Of a DNA stretch of 64,000 nucleotides, positions 37,987 through 47,275 are shown piece after piece. Source of the DNA: Takakia lepidozioides (lineage: Eukaryota; Plantae; Bryophyta); assembly GCA_030704615.1 (NCBI GenBank), contig CM060733.1, positions 31,186,001 through 31,250,000 of the forward strand, written 5' to 3'. Numbering within the stretch: the stretch's first letter is position 1; every line of letters begins with the position of its first letter. The notes below the pieces were generated by a model. That model saw nothing but the letters and a program-made list of their open reading frames with translations, was not told the DNA's origin and made no database searches. The position numbers and the translations under genes are program-made.

Positions 37987-39962
37987 TCCAGTGCATGTCC
38001 CACTCTCACCTGTACTCATTCAGATCGGTTGCTCCACTCACCGATTGCTCCATCTATCCATCTCTCATTCCATTTCTTCAGCAGCTCGACTGCCCGATTC
38101 GGGGTCGACGTTCATGCCCTTTTGAAGCTGGTTCCATGTCCAGCGCATGCTGTTGGAGCACCTGATAGCCCATCCACAATTGCAGTGGGGGCTGAGAGCT
38201 AATGCCTTCGAGGATTGGCTGATGTTCGTTTGGGGGGGGGCCTGAATTTCCTTGGTTCGGAGTACGAGCTGCCTTCGTCGCTGTGGATGGTGCTGGAGAA
38301 TCGCTTGAGGCTGGGGCTGGTGTGCACCGCCCTACTGGCATGCTGGATGTTGCAGGCGGGGGGGAGGGGCCTCCGTTGGGAGAAAACTCGGTCTTGTATG
38401 ATTGCATTTCCTGGGGCGATCGTTGGTGGTTACTATCTGGTCTCGTGCGGACTTGGTTTGGAGTGCTTGGTCGTCAGCGAAGTATTGCTCGTTAGAGATG
38501 TGCATGTCGCTGACTTCTTCGTCCCCTCCGATTGGCCTCAACTGAGCAGAGCCTTCGTCTTTGTTGCTCATCTTGGCCGTATCCTGTTTCACTAGAGTGT
38601 AGAGGTTGAGGGAAGCCTATGGGGTGCTAAGCCTGTTGAGCAGGGGTGTGTACTGTTGATACGAGCTTGGGTCAGGGAGCTACTTGGTTTAGAATGATAC
38701 AAGCGCGAAGGATCAAAGCCCCAGAGTCAGCATAGTCGGGGAACGGCCTCGGGAACCCGTAGATAACCAGGGAACAGGGAACCAAGACAAGTATTGAAAA
38801 AAAAAAAAAAAAAAAAACGGAGTTTTCTTTGTATTTGTTTTGTCTTATTAAATAAATAAATAAAGGGGAAAAGAAAAGAAAAATGTGTTATGTTTAAAGA
38901 GCCTGGTTGGTCATATCTTTATCAATGAGCTCCGTTTGACTCAGTTTTTGAGGGGATAACTGCAGAAAAGGGATATCTACCTATCTAGACCTGGTTTTTG
39001 TTTTTGGGACTCTGCTAAAAATCTATGGAATTTTTAGAGTGTGAGTGTGCCATGAAAAATCCACAATTCTGTTTCTAGAACCTGTTCTGGTCTACATGAG
39101 AGATAAATCTGGGGATGTACTCCTTGTATGGCTGGGGGAAATGAGGACGTAATTGAAAGGCATGTCTCTTCTCTTAGCCTGTGCACACAAGGGGACAGGA
39201 TTTATGTTTCCCAAGGAACTCAGACTGATTTGAGTGGAGAACAGTTGGACGAGTTGAGTGTTCAGTGAGCGGGAGATAGTAGAGTGTTGCTTTGTCTCTA
39301 CCTGGCAGAAAGAGGAGGAGGGTTGGTTAGAGCGAGCTACTGTAGCTGGGACAAGGTTAGTGGCAGGTTTCTGGACATAGATATACCTCCTACACCTTAC
39401 TATCATGCAGAGCGAGGCACTTTGAGAGAAGTCTGGCAATTGATAGCATAGATTAGGATTAGATCTTGCTGGGTCGGGCTTCTATTCTTCCCCTCCATCT
39501 CTGTACTATTTTCATTACCTTGTACTTGTAGTTGCCAAAGCCTCTCTTGGTGGAGGCCAGTCAGTCCGGGGTTTTGGGTTGGGATATTCTGCAGGTCAGC
39601 ACTGCAGATGGATTTTGGTGTGGGGGTGTTGATGTTTTGATTTCTTGTGTTTGGATCCCCCCCAACACCTGCATGCTTGACTGTGCGCCATGTTGGTTTT
39701 GTGTGGGCGCTTGCTTTCATAGGGATTAGGCCGGATTTGATCACCGGTCAATCCTACAATATGCTGTCGGTGGTGAGGCTGGAGTGATGACCAGCAAGAC
39801 CACCAGTGTTTCTTCTATGGTGAGGCTGGGTTGATGACCAACCAACCATAGGAGTTCTTGCGGTGGATGCAGGTGCAGGTGCCCTGAGCCACTGGGATAT
39901 GACCCTTAAACTGCAACACTGCCCACCCGTGTCACTATTAGAATTAGTACTAGAGCATTATA

Positions 39963-41618
39963 GTGTCACGTGGGGAGGTGCACATTGTGAGTGTCATCAC
40001 GGAGTTACCCAAGGGTTTTGAGGGGAGTACGGCTATAGGCAGTAACAATGAGAGTGGGTTCACAAGACGAGGTATTCGGTTCAGACCACCTTCGCCTCCA
40101 CACTCAACTAGTGTAGAGTCAGACACAGACTCGGAGGCTTCATCAACAGGTGTACAGTTTCATTCGCCATTGTTGTCGGACGACATGGAGGAGATGTATG
40201 GAGCTACCAAGGAGCCTCGTAGGTACTCTGGAGCTGTGGGCACAATCGAGTTGGATGACTTTATCCAGGAGTTCGACAGCTGGTGTGATTTGCAGCAGAT
40301 GCGCAATCCACAGCTATTCACCCCATTCATGGCGTGGAAGGGACTGTTCCAGCATTTGGAAGGCCCGCCTATGGACGATTACCACGAGTTCAGGCGAGGA
40401 CATGAAGCAGAGATTGAGGAGTGGAGGATGTATTGGTCACCTGACTACGTCTCCATTACTCGAGGCACGACGCGACCAGTAGCTGCATCAGTACCAATAT
40501 CTCCCACTGCCAGCACTAGTAGTGGAACAAGTAGTGCCGGTACTTCTGCAGGTGGTACCAGTTCAAAATGTGCTACTACTCCTCCTGCCATGACTACAAC
40601 ACATGTGCCTAGATTCAACCCGGTGGTGGAGTTCTTCCAGGAGTTGCGGAGGAACTACCAAGGTGTACGGATTGAGAAGCTGCGAAGTTTGCAAGACTTC
40701 CAGCGCAAACTCAGTGAGAGCCTGCGAGAGGCGTACACTCGTATGAGGCGCTTGATAAGTGTGACCCAAGGGGTTACTGAAGCTCAGGCAATCCAGTTTT
40801 GGTATGGAATTCTGGACAAGGAGCTCAAGAGAAAGGTGCGAGATGCAACCCTGTTACAAGTAGCCCAACCCACATTAGCAGATGTGTTTCTGCTGGCTGA
40901 GCGGATTGAGCTCAACATGATGGAGGAGCGAGTTGTTACCATTGGATTTGGCAAGGACATGCCTGCACGAGGCGCAGCTGCCAGCCCACAGGCACAAGGG
41001 ACTGCCCAACAGCGTGGTCAGGGGGGCAAGGTTTCCCAACCCAAGTTCCATGGAGCTTACAGGGGAACTCAGGTGCAGAGGCCCGTGGCATCTTTTGCAG
41101 GCCAACAACAACCAGGGGTGGTATGTTGGACATGTGGAGGACCCCATGTCAAGAAGATTTCCCAGAGAGTGGCAAAAGGCTGGCACAAGCACAGCCTGCA
41201 CAGTTGCAGTGTGGGCATTGTGGCAAGTATGGGCATGGAGATGCCCAGTGTTATATCTTGCATCCTGAGTTACGCCCAGGCCAGTTCCAAGGGAACAATG
41301 GTGGCCAGGGGCGGTGGACCAGCCCAGAGAGGACGAGGTCGTCGGGCACGAGGTGCAGGCCAAGGGCAAGCTCAACATGGCCAAGGACGCGGAGGTCAGG
41401 GTGTTGACCAAGGCATGGCCAACCGGCTTCAGCAGCTAGAGCAGAGGCTCGCTGCCATGGCTACAGCTCAGGCGGTACCGGCTCCCAGGCGGGATAGTCC
41501 ACCTCCTACGCCTGAGGGAGGAGATATGGGAGGCATGGGATTCATGTGGAGCAGCACTACCACTAGTGCAGGTGGAGTCTGCTGCAGCTGTGACTCGAGG
41601 AGCAGCACGAGTTCCTGA
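39963..41618 (+). CDS. Gag (frameshift-disrupted) with two zinc knuckles
   Basis: Retrotransposon gag-like QRKLSESLREAYTRMRRL, knuckle CWTCGGPH and, in the 41123 frame, CGHCGKYGHGDAQC. The true start codon is uncertain. Confidence 0.75.
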   Translation: MSRGEVHIVSVITELPKGFEGSTAIGSNNESGFTRRGIRFRPPSPPHSTSVESDTDSEASSTGVQFHSPLLSDDMEEMYGATKEPRRYSGAVGTIELDDFIQEFDSWCDLQQMRNPQLFTPFMAWKGLFQHLEGPPMDDYHEFRRGHEAEIEEWRMYWSPDYVSITRGTTRPVAASVPISPTASTSSGTSSAGTSAGGTSSKCATTPPAMTTTHVPRFNPVVEFFQELRRNYQGVRIEKLRSLQDFQRKLSESLREAYTRMRRLISVTQGVTEAQAIQFWYGILDKELKRKVRDATLLQVAQPTLADVFLLAERIELNMMEERVVTIGFGKDMPARGAAASPQAQGTAQQRGQGGKVSQPKFHGAYRGTQVQRPVASFAGQQQPGVVCWTCGGPHVKKISQRVAKGWHKHSLHSCSVGIVASMGMEMPSVISCILSYAQASSKGTMVARGGGPAQRGRGRRARGAGQGQAQHGQGRGGQGVDQGMANRLQQLEQRLAAMATAQAVPAPRRDSPPPTPEGGDMGGMGFMWSSTTTSAGGVCCSCDSRSSTSS

Positions 41619-41972
41619 GCCACGAGGTGCAGAGGTGGAATTGGATTCACAGCGTGGGGAGGCAAGCCGTCAGGCGAGGCTTCCCTAGTCATTCACATTG
41701 GCGGAGACTGTGTCGAGCTATCCATGGCACCTAGTTCTTGCCCGACTGTTACCGAGGCGGAGTTACTATGCCATTGGGGAGAGCTACACGTGCAGCACTG
41801 ACACCAAGGCTAGTGCAGTCGATGTGTTTTTGGGGGCAGCCACCTCTGTGTGTCAAGCCCCACTATTCTCGGCAACCATGATTGCGACGCCGGGGGTAAG
41901 ACCAGCTGCAGTGTTTAGACTAGCAGCAACACTCTGTGAAGTGGGGAGGTCACTTCATCTTTTGCGGAGTTA

Positions 41973-44159
41973 GTGGAAGGTGTAGTGGCAGAGGGATCCT
42001 CGGATTTGAGGGTCAAGACTGCCACGGCTGCGCCATGGCAAGCTGCAGCTGCCAAGTTGACGGAGCTGCCAGCTAGGCCAGCCTTTGAGCGCGCCATGGT
42101 AACACCTGGAGTTGTCTTGTTAGACAACCAGGATGACATTTTCTCTTTGAATGGACCGGCAGGCAAGAAGTACCGGCCACTGCGGGTCTTGTTGGACTCG
42201 GGAGCTCAGCCATTGATGTTGGGCAGAGCTGCTATTGCAGGTTTGGGCCTCATGGAGGCGGATATGGAGCCTTGTCTTTTCCAAATACAGACATCTCTGG
42301 GAGGATCAGAGCAGGCTTGGGGCATGACATGGCGTGAGTTGGCCATTAGACTGCAGCCGGATCATCCTATAGATGGCTCAGTGATGCGAGCCAAGGCCAT
42401 TGTGATAGACGCGGTCTCTTACGATGTCCTCATTGGTGGAACAATGTTATATCCTATGGGCTTCACCCTGGACTTTTGGGAGGAGTCAGCATCCTATAGG
42501 CCTGGATGGCAGTCAGGGGATGGTCGTCGTGCACAGCTCCCTGTGACATTCATTGGGGGTATTGTGGCTGCCCAACGGGGCAAGATGCCAACACTAGCCG
42601 CCTTTACAGCTGCAGTTAGTTGGCCTAGAGAGTTGCTGGAAGGCAATGCCCATGTAGAGGATGTGCCACCTTTAGCAGAGCAGGATGACATGTATGGTAC
42701 GGCGGAGTTGCCTGCCATGGTTGCTCACACTCCATTGTGGGGTACGAGCAAGGATTTGCAGCAGGCTGCTGATGGACGGGTACAACAAGCCTGGGTAGAG
42801 GCCTTCGTACCGTCAGGAGAAGAGGAGAGTGCGGTGATTGCACCAGGACCACCTCAGTTGTCGCCATTGGACACCACACCTCTTATGTGGCAGTGCCCGG
42901 ATAAAGACATATGTCTTCTGGACTTGTTTGGCGGGATCAGCACTGGATTAGCTGCAGTACTGCAGGCAGGTGTACGAGTTCAACGTTACGTGTATGTGGA
43001 GAGGGATGAGACTGCACGACGCGTCTCACTGCGCCATGTTGCTCAGTTGGTACAGCAGTACCCTGATTTGTTGCCAGTGTCTGCAGTGCGTGGATACCAA
43101 CAAGCCTTGCCAACAGACATTTCGTTGCTGGGGGCGCAGGATTTGGAGCAGGTTGGCTCCATTGATCTGGTAGTGGCAGGTTGGCCCTGCCAAGGGCATT
43201 CATCAGCCGGACATGGCAATGGATTGCGAGACTCGATGACGGGTCTGTTTTGGAAGATGGTGCGGGTTTTGCGCCACTTGCAGCTTCATCAAGCTGTATC
43301 TCCAGCATACATCTTGGAGAATGTGCCACTGATGGGTGATTCTCGGGCCAGGGTGATGGCCAGTGTGCATCAAGTCCGGTCGTGGCTTGGGTCACCAGTG
43401 CTGCTGGATGCAGCTGCAGTGGGGTCACGGGCTCATCGTCCACGGCTATGGTGGATTATCTTGATGCCACCCGCACTGCTCAAGCGTGCATTTGATGGGG
43501 TGCAGCGGCCAGCACACCTCACAGTGGATAGCATTTTGGACACCGGGAGGCAGTCTCAACGTGTGAGACACGCTGACCGTTTGCCTTTGGCAGTGGTCAA
43601 CAAAGTGGGTCAACCACGAGCAACATTACCTACACTGCTCAGCTTCCCAGGATCCCATGCTTTTCGGGATGGTGGACCTGGCCTCTTGTGGGATAGCCAG
43701 TTGCAACAATTAGTGGAGCCCAATGCTGACGAGCGCGAGCGAGCGATGGGTTTTACCACTGGTACCACGGCGGTGTCATCTCTTTCTGAGGCATCACATC
43801 GTCAGGTGTTGGGGCAAGCAATGGATCTCAATTGCTTGACCTGGATTATCAGCTTGGCTATGGCTGAGCAGCGCAGAGTACAGAGTACACTTCCCTTCAT
43901 GGTCTCCTCGCCTACCGAGACGGTACAGGCAGCGAGTGGGGGCAAGCAGGTGAGGACCACGAGGTGCAGGCCGCATCCATGGCACACGTGGGAGGTGCTC
44001 GAAATTCAGAAGGAGTTGGCAGCCAAGGCGGCGGTGATGGATCACGTTGGGGATTTTTCTCGGGTTGATGAGGTCCTCAAGGATGGGATGATGGGGCAGG
44101 GTGAGACATTGTCACTGACAGAGGAGGTAGTGGTCACTGCTCAAGAGGTTGCAGCATAG
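41973..44159 (+). CDS. Aspartic protease fused to a DNMT3-like C5 cytosine methyltransferase
   Basis: Protease LLDSGA (Asp at 42195) and DVLIG. DNMT at about 42909-43850: motif I LDLFGGISTG, II YVERD, IV AGWPCQ (43182-43190), VI ILENV (43317-43325), VIII AHRPRLWW, IX ERERAMGF, X VLGQAMD. Confidence 0.95.
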   Translation: MEGVVAEGSSDLRVKTATAAPWQAAAAKLTELPARPAFERAMVTPGVVLLDNQDDIFSLNGPAGKKYRPLRVLLDSGAQPLMLGRAAIAGLGLMEADMEPCLFQIQTSLGGSEQAWGMTWRELAIRLQPDHPIDGSVMRAKAIVIDAVSYDVLIGGTMLYPMGFTLDFWEESASYRPGWQSGDGRRAQLPVTFIGGIVAAQRGKMPTLAAFTAAVSWPRELLEGNAHVEDVPPLAEQDDMYGTAELPAMVAHTPLWGTSKDLQQAADGRVQQAWVEAFVPSGEEESAVIAPGPPQLSPLDTTPLMWQCPDKDICLLDLFGGISTGLAAVLQAGVRVQRYVYVERDETARRVSLRHVAQLVQQYPDLLPVSAVRGYQQALPTDISLLGAQDLEQVGSIDLVVAGWPCQGHSSAGHGNGLRDSMTGLFWKMVRVLRHLQLHQAVSPAYILENVPLMGDSRARVMASVHQVRSWLGSPVLLDAAAVGSRAHRPRLWWIILMPPALLKRAFDGVQRPAHLTVDSILDTGRQSQRVRHADRLPLAVVNKVGQPRATLPTLLSFPGSHAFRDGGPGLLWDSQLQQLVEPNADERERAMGFTTGTTAVSSLSEASHRQVLGQAMDLNCLTWIISLAMAEQRRVQSTLPFMVSSPTETVQAASGGKQVRTTRCRPHPWHTWEVLEIQKELAAKAAVMDHVGDFSRVDEVLKDGMMGQGETLSLTEEVVVTAQEVAA

Positions 44160-47100
44160 CAACCATGGGACGCGTCTTCTACCTCTAAGCCTGCTGGACT
44201 CAAGGTTGCAGTCACGGAGGACAACTGGGAGCCTGATGTGGGACCTATAGTCACCGGAGGAGAGAAACGACGTATATGGCGGTTCTTGAGGGCTTACAGG
44301 AACTGCTTTGCCTTCAGTTTGAAGGACTTAGGAGCACTGAAGGGTCAAGAGATTCGCATTGAATTGGCTACTGACGCGCCAATCTTTCAGAGACCCTATA
44401 GATACAGTGACATGGAGAGGTCCTTGATTCAGATGAGAACTCAGGACCTTTGGGAGGCTGGTTTGGTGGAGCTATCTTGGGGAGAGTATGCTTCAGCCAC
44501 AGTGATGCCACCCAAGAAGGATGTCTATGGCAATTGGATGGAGAGACGTATGTGCGGTGATTACCGGCCTGTAAATCGTCAGACCAAGTCCGATAGGTAT
44601 GCCATGCCGACACCAGAGGAGATTTTTGATGCCATTGGGTATGCCAAGGTCTTTAGCACATTGGATTTACAATCCGGATATCACCAGTTGCCGATCAATG
44701 AGGCGGATAAGCAAAAGATGGCATTCTGGGGGATCAATGAGCACGGGAAGGATTGCCTATACCAGTGGCGGTTCTTACCATTTGGGCTTAAAAACGCTCC
44801 TGCTGAGTTTCAAAGAGTCATGGACAGGATTCTAGCAGGGGTGGAGTTTGCTCGGTGCTACATAGATGACATCATCATCTTTAGTGCTACGGTGGAGGAG
44901 CATGAGAGACACCTTCAGGGGGTATTTGAGCGCTTGAGGGCGCACGGATTGAAGTTACATCTGGGAAAGTGCAAGTTTTTCCACAACCAGATTGAGTATC
45001 TGGGTCACATGATATATCCTCGAGGATTGGGGGTACAACAGACTAAGGTAGAGTCCATTGCACAGGTTTGACGCCCCACGGATGTGAGCCGAGTTCGAGC
45101 TTTCATGGGGTTAGCAAACTATTATAGACGGTTTGTTAAGGGATTTAGTGCCATTGCAAAGGCTCTAACCAAGCTGATCAAGGTGGACCAGGAGTGGCAG
45201 TGGGAAGATGAACAAGAACAAGCTTTTCAAGAGCTCAAGGCAAGGTTGACCTCGGCGCCCATCTTGAGACGGCCTATTAGGGGGCGTCATTTTCAGCTGC
45301 ACACAGATTGGAGCATGTTGGGGCTTGGAGCGGTGCTCACACAGGTGGATGATGAGGGAAGAGAGTTCGTAGTGGCTTATGCTAGCCGCTCAAACAACGT
45401 TGCAGAGTCTAAGTATAGCTCATATGAGGGAGAATGCTTAGCTGCAGTGTAGACCGTGACACACTTTAGGTGCTATCTATACGACAATCTCTTCACCCTT
45501 GTCACGGATCACCAACCACTCAAGTGGTTGATGGAGTCAGACAAGCTTACGAGGAAGCTTGCACGGTGGGCACTCATCCTTCAAGAATATGACTTTCAGG
45601 TTGTGCATCGACCGGATTTGGTCAATCGCAATGCAGATGGGTTGAGTCGCAATCCATGCACGAGCCAGCAGGATGACACTAGAGCTCGGTGGCATGGTGA
45701 GACGGACGAGGAGATGGTGCCCGGATGGCATGCATCTGCATTTCTGTGTATCTTGGCAGTGGAAGGCCAGGTTGGACCTGCGATCAAGTGTCTGAGGACC
45801 CTGAGGCCAACAATGAGCAAGGTGGCGCCAAAGATATACATAAGGATTCAGCTGTGTTGGACTATCTTCGCACTGGAGACACGGCAGCCACTGTGACTGC
45901 CAAGGAGAGGGATCGGATCCTACAACGAGCCAAGAGGTTCAAGTGGGAGGGGACACACCTGCTCCGAGTGTGGGAGGATGGTCGAGTGAGGATTGTGCCT
46001 CACCCAACACAGCGGGCACGGTTAGTGCGGCATGCCCATGAGGAGTTGGGGCATTTTGGGGTGTGACGCACTCATAGCCTACTACAGGGGCAGTATTGGT
46101 GGCGTGGTATGCACACAGAGGTGCAACAATTTGTGGCTAGGTGCATGGTGTGTGACAGGGTGCGTGCTTCATTCAACGCCCCTACTCCACAATTGCACCC
46201 TCTTCCGATCATGGGATTGGGCTACAGGTGGAGTCTTGACTTCGCAGGGCCATTGCCACTGACCATGCGCACAACAAGTACGTGTTGGTGATGGTGGAGC
46301 ACTTCTCCAAGTGGATTGAGTTGGTTCCATTGCCTGATAAGGCTAGTGAGGGAGCTGCGTATGCATTCTTGGATTGTGTGCTTAGTCGATTCGGTGCTCC
46401 AGCTGAGGTACTCACAGACCAAGGGAGAGAGTTCTTGGGGGAGTTTCAGGCTTTGTGTGACAAGGCCTTGATAGACCACCGTACCACTTCTCGGGATCAT
46501 CCTGAGGCCGATGGCTTAGCAGAGAGAGTTGTTCAGACAGTAAAGAGGGGTTTGCGCAAGTATGGCTTGCAGAAGGGACACCTAGGAGATTGGGACCTTC
46601 AGTTACCCTGGTTAGCCATGGGCTACAGATTCAGCAAGCAAGCATCACTTGCCTCCTTCTCACCATACTTTCTTCTCTTTGGCTGAGAGCCGGATTTGCC
46701 TACATCCATTCGCAGAGAAGATGCTACAGTTCTTAACCTTGACGATCCGGACGTGTGGGCACGTGCATGTGAGCAGTGTGCAGAGTTGTTCAAGAAAGTC
46801 ATGCCCATGGCTTTCGAGAACCTTGCCATTGCACAACACCGTGATACGTTGAGGTATGCTACCATACGTGTGGGGGCTATCATCCTGGGGTTCGGAGATT
46901 CAACCCTGGTGACTATGTCTATCTGCAGCAGACTGCTCCTACGACTTGGATGTGACTGCAGGACGTGTTATTTTGAGGGTTCGAGAGGTCTTGCCCTCAG
47001 GCGTCTTGGTCTTGGAGGGTCGGGATGGCATAACTTGGAGGGACCATGTGCGTAATTGTGCGCCATCTCACCTTCCGAATGTCGATGGTAGGATTGACCC

Positions 47101-47275
47101 AAACATGGCAGTGGTATCTGCAGGTTTGAGGTGCATGTTGTGTGGGTCTGCTAGAGGGGCAGCCACCATGCTGGTGTGTGATCGATGCTCTAGCGGTTGG
47201 CATATGGGATGCTTGACTCCCCCTCTTGAGATGGTTCCGGATGGGGATTGGTTATGTCCACATTGCATTGGATAG
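44160..47275 (+). pseudogene. RT - RNase H - integrase - PHD finger (premature stops and frameshifts)
   Basis: RMCGDYR, LDLQSGYHQ, PFGLKNAP and YIDD (44859-44870). RNase H HTDWS and SYEGE. Integrase HHCC, SLDFAGP/LTDQG/GLAER. PHD C4HC3 at 47132-47272. Confidence 0.95.

Noticed and set aside
41140-41975. Programmed gag-pol frameshift
   Set aside because: Several frame changes that return to the starting frame look like decay or sequence errors, and no second copy of this segment is available to test conservation.
42909-43850. Host DRM/DNMT3 gene or bacterial restriction-modification contamination
   Set aside because: Intronless, in frame with a retroviral-type protease, multicopy within element fragments and embedded among plant genes. 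No endonuclease partner is seen.
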